Positions 1-12,700 of a stretch of 64,000 nt of DNA are shown piece by piece. The first letter of the stretch is position 1, and each line of letters begins with the position of its first letter. A model generated the notes under the pieces. The model did no database searches. It was not told the origin of the DNA and saw only the letters and a program-made list of their open reading frames with translations. Position numbers and translations under genes: made by a program. Origin of the DNA: Podarcis tiliguerta (taxonomy: Eukaryota); the NCBI GenBank assembly GCA_965153285.1, contig OZ229113.1; one strand, 5' to 3'.

Positions 1-2089
1 AAAAAAATTTTAGAATTACTGTAGTCTATGGTTATTTTTTACTGCTTGATGCTGCTTTTAATTCATTTATATTTTTATATATTTTGTATTGCAATGTATT
101 GTATTGCTATGTACGTCACCTCAAAACTTTTTTTAGTCAGTGCCTAACAACTGAAACAATAACAAATAAACAATAATATGATCACTGATTTTAATAGGAT
201 TTCCCCCCCTGAAAACTCTATGAACTGCTACACTCAAGATGCAGTGAGAGGTTAGTGACGGGAGACCTTAACCATGAGTCTGGGGGCAGGTGACACGCAA
301 AGCCAAATCTTGGCTTAGTTCAACACAGCACAGCAGTAAAAAAGGACTGAGGAGGAGCAAAGTGACTGTGAGCACCTCTCCAGGAATTCACATGTAGGGC
401 TCTAGTCAAGTGTCCATAAAGCATCAGGCTTAAGTCTAATTTAAGTTTAATTATATCAACAGAATTATTAAAATCATACCAATTAATTTACAATGCTAGG
501 CCTTGATTCACCTTTGCATGTAACTTCATTTACTTTTTAATCATGTTAAAACAAACACAAAAACAAACAATGGAGCTCATTTACATTCTTACTATCTTAC
601 TATCCATGCTATCCCCTATAAATGGTTCCATTTATATTACCCCTATAAAGAGCAGCAGCAGCATAGCTATCAACATAGCTATCAGCAGGGCTCACAGTGT
701 CTTGTATTATTTAGCTGAAAGTGAGGTAATCCTATTTCCATCTCTTTACACATGATTGCCCTTTCTCCTGAGGTCACTGGTCACCAATGCATTTGGCTTT
801 GTTTTAATGTGAATGCATTTCCTGATATAGTTTAACGTTTAATATGATAGTAAAGAAGCATCATCTCAGATTCCTATGACTGCTATTGCTTTCTTGCAGT
901 ACAAAAATATATTCATAATGGAGTCCAGTAAACAAAAATAGCACACGAGTAGTGTGCCTAATGCACCACAAGGGAGATGCAGCAGGAATTAGCTCGTGTT
1001 GAGTTAGTTCGTGTCCCCAAAGAGATGTGTTTGAGCCGTTTGAAGCTGTTCACTCAAAGGGATTATCTCGTTCAATCTGCTTTAATCTCAACTAAATGCT
1101 TTCAATTGGTATATGCCGAGACAGAATTAGAGAAATCAGAAGCCCCCAAGACCTGTGTGATGGGCTTGTAGGAACAAAGGGAAACAAAACATCATAATCC
1201 CACACATCATAGAATTAGAAAGGTCATAAGCCAATGTCTATTTTAAAAGTCCATATTGAAGGAAAATTTATACTGCGAATGAAACACAGATCCTGCACAA
1301 TATCCCTCAGTCACCAATCTGCCAGTCACAGAGCTGTGGACTACCAAGTACTGCAGTGTACTTGGGCTCCTAAAACATCACTGAATCACAGGCAGAGAGA
1401 ATGTTTTGGTCTCAAAACAGATATACAGATTCATTTGTTCCTGTTTCAATGAGGTATTCAATAGCCAGGAAAATATTATGCAAATAATGTCACCCATAGT
1501 TGTAAATATTAAAAAGTCAAAACTCTATAGACATACAGACTGTTATACTGAATCAGTTGTTGGAAATGACAAATTTATTGTGTTTCGATGCCAATCAGTA
1601 GTCTGCATCAAATCACCACAAATTCAGTAGTGCAAAAGACCCAATTTAAAAGTGATGTGGCCGTAGTAGTACTTGTGGGGCATTCCACTTTGCCAAAATG
1701 ATTTTTCAATTAGGTCAGCATTTCAATTGGGTCAATATATGAACGCAACATTAATACACCAGGGATCCATAACTGAGGTCCATGTCCAGCTAATGCTATA
1801 CACCTATAGGCAACCTGTTCTAAACATGATCCAGACTTGCAGATCCAGCCCTTTCCTTCCATTCACTTTAAATTAAAACACAAGATGAATAGGTGTATAT
1901 GCTGCTTCAAACTAGTGTAAACTGCAGTGCATTTTAGAAAACAAAGCATGCAACTCATATTAACTCTGGATACTGCCACAGATTTACATTAACACACACA
2001 CAATGAATTACAGTTCAATAGACTGTAGATTTGTTGTTCTATTAAGAGGTCTGTGGTATCATCAGTTATAAAAATAATGACAAAGATAC

Positions 2090-2218
2090 CTCCCATCATC
2101 AATTGATGGGTCACCAATAATGATTTTTGATTTCTTGTTGTCAATAGAGTCATCCTTTTTCTGTGATCTAAAGCAATCCAATATTTTTGTAGTGACATCA
2201 GTTGCCTTCCTGACAGTT
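2090..2218 (-). CDS. OFCC1: Internal coding exon (129 nt, phase 2->2): TVRKATDVTTKILDCFRSQKKDDSIDNKKSKIIIGDPSIDDG; tentatively OFCC1-like
   Basis: Acceptor gttatttcatattttag, symmetric length, open hydrophilic frame, donor GAG|GTATCT. A second frame (supplied ORF 1989..2267) is also open but reads less like a protein. Confidence 0.55.
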
Positions 2219-3149
2219 CTAAAATATGAAATAACAGCACTCTTAAATCAAGCCCAAAAGCCCCCATGACACCTTACTATGGCAGCAAATGTCAGTCTAC
2301 TCAATGTATGTAGGAGGTTGTCAACTTCCTAGCTGACTGCCCTAATAACCAGTACTCTATAAACTGGAATTCATAAAGATACCACAATATTGCATTGAAT
2401 CCTAGAATGAACTAGGCTGAAATTGATAATGTTGCTTTTCAGGTTAAAAACAGTAACAAAACAAACAGTAACAAAACAAAACCTTCCTAGCCTTTAGTCT
2501 CTGCAGTACAACATAGACAATGTTATTAGACTCCTCTAACACCCGTTTTGAGAGCTGTAAAAATGTAGACCTAGATTAATGCAAATTAACAATAGTACTA
2601 AAAAGAAATCCTTCCACCATGAAATTTTATTTTCTTTGATTCAGGAATATCATCATGGAATTTTAAGGGGGCAATCTAGTTTCACATGCAGTTAGCAGCT
2701 GTAAAAGTTCATAGACACTCCAGCCTTTGCACCAATTTCCTGATCATAATTATGACCTCATTCTCTCAAAGCAGATTTGGTATTGTGTGAAATACAATCA
2801 TTAACCAGCACAATTTAACACTTACTCATTCAATTTAGCAGAGCATGTCATCCTTTCCCAGCCGTCTTTCTAGATATTAAAATGTTCTGTTACATGTATA
2901 ACACATTTCTTTCTCCAGAAAGCAATATTTTAATTAGGTCACACAGATTTTGATGAACATAATGATCAACTTATTTTCATGTGAAATACGTTAGATTGCT
3001 CATTCTGACAGGTTTCCCATCTGTTCCGGACTAGTGTTTAGGTATGCACTGTATCATCCTCATGTTGAATAGAATTTTGTGAACTGAATGCATGGTGGTA
3101 TCTCTAAAGATTACGACAGTAATCACAATCTCTGTGGAGACTGGTACAC

Positions 3150-4262
3150 AGAATGCTAGGTGAGAAAAGGGAGAGGTTGGGCTCACATGTATATACAAAA
3201 CTAGGATGCCAGGGAGGAGGTTGAACTTGTGTTCCCCCAGAGACATAATAGATTAACAGGGGTTCTGTTGTCACACTGCCTAACCTCCCTAAGATGGTTG
3301 CAGGTGCTTTCTAATGTAGTTTTGAGGGACTTCAGTGCCCTGACAGTTCCACCTTGGTGGGTCAAGCACAGAATTTTATGGTTGCTATAGATACCCTGGT
3401 CCCCAACTCATATTGTATTCTCTATATGCTGGACTGAGAAGGTGATGGTGTGGAAGGCAAGTGTCACCCAACTGTCATGGGCAGACCACTCCCTGATAAC
3501 ATTTGGCTTGATTGTGGCTAATAGGGGTGGGGTCCTATTCATATATACCCCTAGAACCTTTTGGAATCTGAACGATTCCTGAATACTTGGGGAAATTTTC
3601 TACGTGGCGTTACCAGCAAGCCTCTTGAGACCCTGAGCTTACCATGGAGTAGCAAGATGAGCAGGGCCACCAACATGATCGTTCTAGAGCATCGTCTCTA
3701 GCCCAGGGGTCCCTGAAAGGATCTTTAGTTTTCTGAGGGCAATAATGTGGGCTACTGGACAGCTAGAGTGCAACTGGCACAAATCTCAGACTACATGTGA
3801 TTAAACACAGGTTAAGAGTGCATACTCTTAGGGACGCGGGTGGCGCTGTGGGTTAAAGCCTCAGTGCCTAGGGCTTGCCGATCGAAAGGTCGGCGGTTCG
3901 AATCCCCGCGGCGGGGTGCGCTCCCGCTGTTCGGTCCCAGCGCCTGCCAACCTAGCAGTTCGAAAGCACCCCTGGGTGCAAGTAGATAAATAGGGACCGC
4001 TTACTGGCGGGAAGGTAAACGGCGTTTCCGTGTGCAGCTCTGGCTCGCCAGAGCAGCGATGTCACGCTGGCCACATGACCCGGAAGTGTCTTCGGACAAC
4101 GCTGGCCCTTGGCCTCTTTGAGTGAGATGGGCGCACAACCCTAGAGTCTGTCAAGACTGGCCCGTACGGGCAGGGGTACCTTTACCTTTACCTTTAAGAG
4201 TGCATAATTCCTCCTTCCATTTAGCAGTGCTGGCGGCAAATAAAGCTTACTTCTCTGCAGTC
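3150..4262 (+). mobile_element. Degenerate L2-clade LINE ORF2 fragment (endonuclease/linker region), interrupted by the SINE
   Basis: Decayed peptides LSWADHSLITF, GGGPI and, across the SINE, RVHNSSFHLAVLAANKAYFSA resemble lizard L2 ORF2. Boundaries approximate. Confidence 0.6.
3831..4195 (+). mobile_element. Full-length Sauria-type SINE (young subfamily)
   Basis: tRNA-derived head GGGACGCGGGTGGCGCTGTGG with B-box GGTTCGAATCC, CpG-rich body, (ACCTTT)3 tail, TSD TTAAGAGTGCATA at 3812-3824 and 4194-4206. Confidence 0.95.
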
Positions 4263-4692
4263 TCAATTTACTAGCATCCCCCCCCAGCCCAACCCAGTAG
4301 TAGAAGCAACTTACCACTCAGCAGTTTACTCTGTTAGACTTCTCCATTGTGGAGAAAGCAGTCGCGCCCCTGCACCCCTTAACAGAGAAGTGTTGGGTGG
4401 GGAGAGCAAGCTGCCTTGTCCCTGCCGCTGCGAGGTGGTGGGGTGAAATTGCCTCAGCTCTGAGCTGAGGTGGTTTCACCCCTAGCTCTACAATTTTATG
4501 ATATTGCAAAATAACATTGGTTGAAAAATTGTTCTTTCAGTGCAATGCTTTTACTTAAAAGGGACCATATATCCAACGCATTACTTTTCAAAAACTCAGA
4601 CCTTTGTAAACTAACAATAACAACAAACAAAACAACTGGTTTTGCATTTTGTCAAGTAAAAACATATTAGGGAAAGAGGTTGTTATTCTTAC

Positions 4693-4763
4693 AAGTGGCC
4701 TATAAAGAGATGTATAAGCAGCTCTTGCAATCTGTCTCTCCCCAGCGCTAAATGCATGGGAAT
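4693..4763 (-). CDS. Candidate 71-nt exon (IPMHLALGRDRLQELLIHLFIGHL, phase 0->2)
   Basis: Long polypyrimidine tract ending ctgattttag, donor CTT|GTAAGA; also restores frame between 5427 and 2218. Confidence 0.2.
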
Positions 4764-5124
4764 CTAAAATCAGAATGCAAAGAGGGGAGGGGATGAAGGA
4801 GGGAGCAAATGGGAAAAAGAAATCAGAGTGAGACAGAGACAAAATGAAAGCTAGTGTCCCAGTGCAATTCAGTTCCTTCACCATCTGTCACAGTCACTGC
4901 GTTCCCTAAAGGCCAAGCTTAGAAAGGCCACTACAACTAATGAGCACAGGAAAAATGTGGAATCTCAAATCAAGATACCTATAAAAATCCAAGAGCTGAA
5001 TAAAACTGGCAAAGCTCTTAATAAACCTTCAACAAGAGCAGGAAACTAAGGTCCAACGCTATTGGTCCCACAGGCGGCTTCCTTGAGCTAATATTAAATA
5101 CTAAAGAAATGCATGTCTACTTAC

Positions 5125-5147
5125 CCAGAAGTCTTGTCATGACAGGA
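5125..5147 (-). CDS. Candidate 23-nt microexon (SCHDKTSG, phase 0->2)
   Basis: Consensus donor TGG|GTAAGT; restores frame between the 5427 donor and the 2218 acceptor. The acceptor (aagtttaatcaag) is weak. Confidence 0.35.
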
Positions 5148-5426
5148 CTTGATTAAACTTATTATACTTTATTATACTTGGTCCACATCATTTCTCAATT
5201 ACAACTTCATCAGTTCTTATAAATGTATGTTGCATTTTCAAGGAAAACACAAATATTTTATAAACTTTGTATTTGGAATGTTCAGCTGTAGTACAAATGC
5301 TGATGAATCAGTTCTGTTACTAGTATCAGATCAGTGTTTTGATAGGACTATTCATTATTCTCCAATATTTGCTATACACTAAGTCCACAAGCTGCACTTG
5401 CTTTACTTTTGCAATCACAATCTTAC

Positions 5427-5719
5427 GTGGGTGGAGAGCCAGGGAAATCCACCATTCTCTGCTCTCCATTTATTTATTTTTCCCCACACACCTGCACACC
5501 CAGCAGATTTTCCTGGCTTTCCAGGCTTTGGGAAGGAGGCTTCTCGTATTATGGTGATGTCTTCCTTACAAGCCTCTGGGAAGGCTCTAGGAGTGATCTT
5601 CCCAGACCCTGAAAAGCAGCCCTCTGCCTCATGGGGAGCACTTCTCGGGATTTGATTTTGCATGGTTTTGCAATAGTGTGTGGAACCCCGAACTGAACCC
5701 TTTGCTCCACTGTACTTTC
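5427..5719 (-). CDS. OFCC1: Internal coding exon (293 nt, phase 1->0): xKYSGAKGSVRGSTHYCKTMQNQIPRSAPHEAEGCFSGSGKITPRAFPEACKEDITIIREASFPKPGKPGKSAGCAGVWGKINKWRAENGGFPWLSTH; tentatively OFCC1-like
   Basis: Acceptor tttgtttatttcatgctgtag, 97 open codons, more GC-rich than flanks and not repeat-like, donor CAC|GTAAGA. An alternative donor CAG|GTGTGT lies at 5492. Overlaps supplied ORF 5415..5663(-). Confidence 0.6.
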
Positions 5720-7239
5720 CTACAGCATGAAATAAACAAATTATTATTTTTATATCCCCCCTCTCTGTAAATTCTCACCACTATTTGTATAAACAGAAAT
5801 AATATAATGTTACATATCATCCCCCAGAGGTGCACTCCATTGTCTCTTGAGACAAGTGGATGCCAACAATGATAATATAAATAAAAAAATCTAGGTTATT
5901 TTTAGAGATAAGTATTAGATCAGGAATTCAAGGGAGCAATTTACGGAGGTGGAACTGGATTCACATTTCAAATATAAAACGGGAATAATAGAATAACTTC
6001 AAATAAATTAAGAATCAGCAATACATTAAAACACTCTGTAAAAGTAATGCATAAATCAATGTGACAAAACAGCTTGCGGCACATGACTACAATTTGTGTT
6101 GTTTGTTTGCAGATTCTAAGCTACTTTGCATTTAGAGTCAGTAGGAGTGGAAATGGATGGCTTCTGGCCTGCACATTTATATTTTCCCTTGTTCTGCTCA
6201 GAACAGGCATGTATGCCCTGCAATTTCTCAAGGGGAAAACAGGAGTGGCCAACCAACTTTCTGACCTACGGTTTGAACAGAATTGCCAATTTCCCCCATG
6301 CAATGTACAGCTAGAGAGTGCTGCACTGTCAGTTTATGTGATTAGATAAATAAGGCCCAGTGAAAAATAGAACATTAGATTCCATGGCAGGGGCTTATTT
6401 ACATTTACTTTTTGCATTGACTATCTTTAGCAGAAATTAACTGTAGAAAAGGTTACCTTAACAAGTCTGAAAACTACTATTCTAACCAACCTGCTCTGGA
6501 AGACAGAAATAGGTACTGAATTTGTGAGTCTCCATATAACATCCCTGCAAACTGTATTTATCTTCTTCACTCTGTTTTAAGAACCACTGTGGGCTCACCA
6601 CTATGGAAATATAAATCCAGCAGTATGAATTATCAACCTTAATTGCTAGTATGAACCCATGTATGGGGATAGGAATGCACCAGGTTTCAAGATGCTTAGG
6701 GACTAGCACAATTTTTAGGTCTTACTTGAAAGATAAAATTATATACATAGCTGAAGAAAATGTAGTAGAAGTACAAACACATACACTTATAGCAAGTACA
6801 ACATTCAAATCCAAGATGTTTGCCCATTTAATTGCTACATATCCTGAGTAAGACAAATTTTAGAGCTTCTCATTTTACTTCCTTAGTATGGGAAAGAAGA
6901 TTGATTCCCAGTATTAATCTGCTAATCATAGAGTTTAGCAGGCAACATAGTTGGAAAATATTGGCTGGTTTGTCAGAATTGAGGGCAGACTCTTATAAAT
7001 TCTGAATCATTCTGAATTATAATAATTATATCATAAAATATGCAACTGAGAAAGTGATGTACAAAAATGAATTATGTATATTTATGGATTCAAAAGTGTG
7101 TTATAGGACTCCAACCCTGAGAAGCAGCTATGCTTCTAACACAAAAGAGAAGGATAAGTCAACTGGATCAAAAACAGGGATGTGCAAATTTGTCAATTTT
7201 GGTTTCTCTCAAATTCTCATTTTTTCAATCTTAAATTTA

Positions 7240-7530
7240 GGCCTTATCCAACATAACAGGACTGAAAAGTGCTCTGGACACCTCTCGAGATTCATCTGCT
7301 TAACAGTGGAGTCAAGGTCCCAGTGGATCCAAGCCATTCTATCCTCAAACAAGTTACAACAAGCTATCATTGGTTCTGTCACCTGTAAAAGGACCTGCAC
7401 TACCCAGAAAAATGCACAATGAGGCCATTTCTGGCACACTGTACCCAGAAATGGCACAATGAGGATATCATGGAAACAGAAAAGTGCATTCACTGCCACT
7501 AGGTACGCTTGATTATGAGCCCTCACCAGT
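7240..7530 (-). mobile_element. Degenerate L2 ORF2 fragment
   Basis: ORF 7209..7526 contains RAHNQAYLVAV and CCNLFEDRMAWIHWDLDSTV, similar to the L2 linker region. Confidence 0.6.
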
Positions 7531-8885
7531 ATTCAGTTGCATTCAACTGGAGTTTTCATCTACTTAGAGTTCTTCCCTTAAGACAGCTGACTTCGATGGC
7601 TGAATTCTCAAACAAGGGGACTTGATGGGATTGCCCACCTCTAGCACCTATATATCAGTGGAAGTTCTGTCCGTTTCACCTCCCACCCCCAAAAGTACTG
7701 TTTCCCATCCATATCAGATGCAGGACAATACACCCATAAGAAGTATTTTCAGGTAAAGAAAATACAGTGGAATGGGGTTGGGAAGTAGGACCCAGAAGTC
7801 CTAAGATCCATTTCACATACCTGAAACCTAACAGAAATTCTGGATTCTTTCAACATGTTATAGCAGAGGAAGAACAAAATTTAAAACTAACCAATTAGAG
7901 TGTGTGTGCGTGTGCTTAAACAACAGATTAAAGCACCACAGCCTTCTTGAACAACTAGTATTTTGTTTTTTAAAAAACAAACATAACTCCAAAGGGAAGA
8001 GTTGATTGAACTCTTTGAAACCTAATAAATTAATTCCTAGTATTGTCCCAAACAGAAACAGAAACAGGAAGTGGTGACAAAACATTGCAGCTATGCATGG
8101 TATGATAAATCGCTGTTGCCTAGCAACACAACTAGTCAGTAAACGTTTTGCAGAACTTATTACATGTTAACACAGGTTTGAGAAGGGGGAAACTTCCTCA
8201 CATTGTAATGTTGTAGTTCATTGTCTGCAACTCCCAATTCTCATTCAAGTGACAGTTTCAAATGTTTTCAGTGCCACATTAGGAATCTGAGGGCCTCACA
8301 CCATCCTGCAGCACCACACAATTTTGTATTATTTATACCCTTTCTGTGCCCAATATTTTTAACGTTTTCCTGTTGTGTTAAACACCTATTTGTGTTAAAC
8401 AGCTATTAGTTCCTTTAACTTAGGTAAAAACTGCTGCTCAAAAACAGATGTATTGATTTCACTCACAAATCATGAACTGACTCTGCAGGCCAGGTGTTTT
8501 TTGTTAGTTCTTTTCTCTGTGAACAATCCAATAGAGACTTCTGCGGCTTTCGGAGAATATTTTAATTGCTTGTTACGAGATGTTTGCCCTTGAAAAAATA
8601 CAACAGATGCTTAACAGTAACAATGTATTCTAAGATTACTTGCAAAGAAACTCTACAACAATATGTAACAGAAAATGTACACTCAGAACACAATACATTC
8701 CACTTTTATAATATGGGTGCACTTAATTTACATCTCTTGATACATTAAAATGCAGCCACAATTAATTAGCAGCAGATTTTTCTTGAAAGCTAACTGTTTT
8801 TAGCATACGTAAATTCCTGGTTTGCCAGCACTTCCACTGTAGAGGCCTTCCCCATCCCACACAAAGGAGGTGCTTGTTATGTTGC

Positions 8886-8910
8886 AATCAATCAATCAAT
8901 CAATCAATCA
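8886..8910. repeat. (CAAT)n tetranucleotide microsatellite
   Basis: caatcaatcaatcaatcaatcaatca. Confidence 0.9.
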
Positions 8911-9550
8911 GTGTTACCCTTCAGAACTGTGATTTAATTCATTTGTAAATTTATGCAGTTCCTAATAAAAATCCCTGTTTATGACTTCTGATTGGTTAGG
9001 GTGTCACATAAAGAGAAAGAACACCAGGCTGTGGCAGTGGCAAATAGAAGTGTGGTGTTATGCAGCACTGTGAGTTGGAGATCCTGCGTGCCAAAGCCCA
9101 GGAAAAGCTGTGCTTCCTGTCTAAGGTGGACACCAGTTCCACACAGTGAAGATTCTTGGTTTCTGCTCAATGGTCTCTGTGAGATTCCAAATAACAGTTC
9201 TTGAAACTGGTAGGAATCATTTCATGCCTAATAGCTGCATTTCCTTATAGGTAATCTTCCATGGGTATGGGGACCATAAGACAGCAATAAGTGTTGTCCA
9301 ACTAAAGTGGATTAGTTACCATATTATCAATTATAATTACAGATTTGCCAGGTGTGTCACAAGGGTTGTCTTCAAAATGATGGTTCTGCTATTATATACC
9401 TATCTTTCACTGTTCGGTCATTGACACTATAATATTTATACTATATAATATTATAAGGAGCTCAGATTAAACAGGAAACGACTAAATAGTATGCTTTCTG
9501 TGACGAATCAAAAATGAAGGAAAACAAATCCCAACCAGTGAAATCAACTC

Positions 9551-9770
9551 AGGAACCCAGCATATCATAGTGGTTAGAAGGTTAGACTAGGACCTGGGAG
9601 ACCAGGACTGAATCCCCACTTAGCCATTAAGGGTGATCTTCGGCCAATCACTGGCTCTCAGTCTAACCTACCTCACAGGATTGCTATGGAGATTAAATGA
9701 GGAGAGAACCATGCCCACCACCTTGAGCTTCTTGGAGAAAAAGGTGGGCTATAAATGCAACAAATAAATA
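9551..9770 (+). mobile_element. MIR/Ther1-related (Squam3-like) SINE
   Basis: tRNA-like head (tagtggttagaag...actgaatccccac), core ctctcagtctaacctacctcacaggattg, L2-type tail ending in aaataaata. Confidence 0.8.
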
Positions 9771-12700
9771 ATTGGTCAAGAAAATAGAACTTACCTCATT
9801 CAAGCCTTAACTGGCTTTCATCTGACTCTCTTAAAAGAACCATTTCAAGCTCTAATGTAACAGATTTTAAGCACTTTCTTGCTGACCAATACACTAGCAA
9901 TACTAAATACCCAAACCTAGAAAATATAATCCTACTTTCATATGCTGGGACCCGTTTAGTTAGTTTTTAATAATTTCTTTTAAAGTCAACAATATATTGT
10001 ATGTAAGACTTATTTGCATGGAAAAAATGAAAATTGGAAGAGATAAGAATTACTGTTATCGTATCATAAGAGTTTCTATTTGCAGTTTAATGATTGTTAC
10101 TCTGAAAACTGCTAACTCTGCAACCTGAGATCTCTATGAGTGCAATATGTGAAGTCTCATATTCCCACTGAGACAGAGAGACAAACATTACAAAGGGACT
10201 GAATTTGGCATAATTCTCTGTTCCCTTTCATGCTGAGCTGCTGTTTTAAGCTTTCCCCCCACAACCATGTTTTTGCTCCGTGCATTAATTTCATCTTGAT
10301 ATCATATATGAGAACTTGTATGAATACACAGTACTGAACTTTATGCTTCAGGGTGAAAAGATAAGGGGGGAAATGCTATCAAAGTTTGAAAGATGAAACC
10401 TTTTTGTCCTTTACATCCCACCTGAGAATGCCTGCTAGTTCTCTGGCATCTCTGAGTCAAGATTTACTGCTGTGTGTAGAGTCCACTGAACATTTAGATG
10501 TATTGAACCCTCTGTAATTCAGGATTACACAGTGAAAGGGAGATGAAATCACTTTTGTGCAAAGATAATTAGAAATGGGCTCAGCAAAGCAATTTGGAGG
10601 AAAGAGTAGTATCAGAAGTACGTAGACCAGAGTCCAGCTTTTCCGTATTTGAATATCTAAAGGTTTCTAACACTGCAGTATTTATGTGTCTACTTGATGT
10701 ATGGCTCAATGGGATTTTCAGGTAAGTGTGTAAAGGTCTGGAGCCTGAGGGTTCAGAAGTTAAGTGTGGAAGCTTATTACTGTACAATACAGTAAAACTT
10801 TTTAAACAATTTGCTCATACAAAACAGCCATCACTAATGAGGTTTCATTTAAGTTTTGATTAAGAATCAAACTGTTCTGTCAAAACAGATACTGTCCTCA
10901 AGCATAAAGGTAGATTTACGATAAATCAATCAGATACTCTGCTTGTATATATTGTTTTGTTTAAAAACTATTTTAACCAAGCCACATGCATCTGTAATAA
11001 AATTTAGCAGCTTTCCCAGACTGCTTGGTTAATAAAGGGAAGGGAAGGGAAAATCCACAAAGAAATGGAAAACTAACAGACATTTTCAAAAAGTTAAAAT
11101 TGAACTTACAGAATAGTCTGTAAAATGGTCAACTTTGAGTTTACTGTTGCTTCACTAGATCACTGCCGTCTTCTCACCTCTGGTCTTAGCCCTCATGTTT
11201 GTCCAGCAAGCCATTGCCAAAACCATTCAGCCCTGTTATCGCTCTGATGAATAAATAATTGCATTGGCTTCTTGCCAACTCCAAAATCCAGCCCTTGTTC
11301 TTCAAACCCCTGCATGACCTTATCTTCCTTATCTCCCCACTCTTACATCCTGAGACAAATAAGACTTTGCCTGTACTCCCTTGCTTGGAACTGTTTCCAA
11401 TAATGACTCCATGACGCTTCATCTCTTACTGTCTTCAGGACCCTCAACAAAGCCTTTGTTTTCTGTGAAACCTGTGGCTCAACTTTCTAGTTCCCATGCC
11501 ATTCTATAACTGAGCCCATAGTTAAGCATATGGAACTAAAGCAACAACATATTGCTTCAATGTTTACCCTTGTCTTCCCTGTCCTCTGTTGCTTCCTAGT
11601 TGCAGACTGATTAGGACACAGACCTGTGCTCTTCTACTCTTTTAAGTGTTATGCACACTGATGGTACTTAATAAATAGACAAATAATGACAGGCTTTCAT
11701 AGCACATAAATAAATTCTGTCAGTAAGAGCGATATTCAGAAATGCACTGCACATACAAACGTGCAGTATTTATCACAGTGACCAGAGATGATAAAATTGT
11801 CTAAGACAAAATAAAGTGGAAATGGTTCTTCCAATTTGTGGCCCATAAAACTCTTATTAATGATAAAAAGTAGGTTATTGGCTATATTGAATTCAGTTGA
11901 GCCAATATGCATTAAATGATGAAACAAAAATTAAAGTGATGAAAATCATCCTCTTCTCCTTCTTCATAGTGTAATAACCTTTTAAATCATGCTTGACATT
12001 TGTAAGTTGAGGGAGCTGGCAGGTCTGTAAAATCTGTAATATATGTGGTAAACCTTTTCTGGGGCAGTAATCTCACTGCTGTGTCTAATGGTTCTCACTT
12101 CACATGGTCTACTTGTCCCCAAGAGACATATCTGACTGCATTTTATCCAAGCCACAGGATGCTAATATTTCTTATCATGAGGAAACAAGAGTGTGCCTGC
12201 AAAGCAATGACTATATGACTAGAGGTAAAACTACAAACCATCCTTTTGCCAAGATTTTTATTTGTTTGTTCTGCTTTCTGCAGGACAATAAAATTTGAAA
12301 CACCTTGAGGTTTCCTTCCCATCCTAGGGCAATGCCACACACAAATGGCAAATCTATTTACCTGATACAAGTAGCACATAGCGATATATTCAGCTGTACT
12401 ATTGCCTTGTCACCAGTAACACTCCAAAGGCAAAGTAGATGTGAATAGCATGTGTCTACTTCTGACCCTCATTCTTAATAAGATATATTTTATGTGTAAA
12501 AAGGAAACATTAGGCATAAGTTTAAAATGGAATTCTGAACTTAAAGTCAGTTACTTCCAGTTATCTCTTCATTTCCACATAGAGAGATACTACAAAAAAA
12601 CATTAACACTCTATGGACATGTAGATAGTGCTTGTAGGCAGAATCCTTCCAACATCTTTGGTTTGGTGCACCAGCTGCTTCTGTTTCCAAGGAAGGAAAA

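Noticed and set aside
9795-9851. Minus-strand exon-like segment with donor GAG|GTAAGT
   Set aside because: Stops in all three frames; at best a poison or pseudoexon, with no support.
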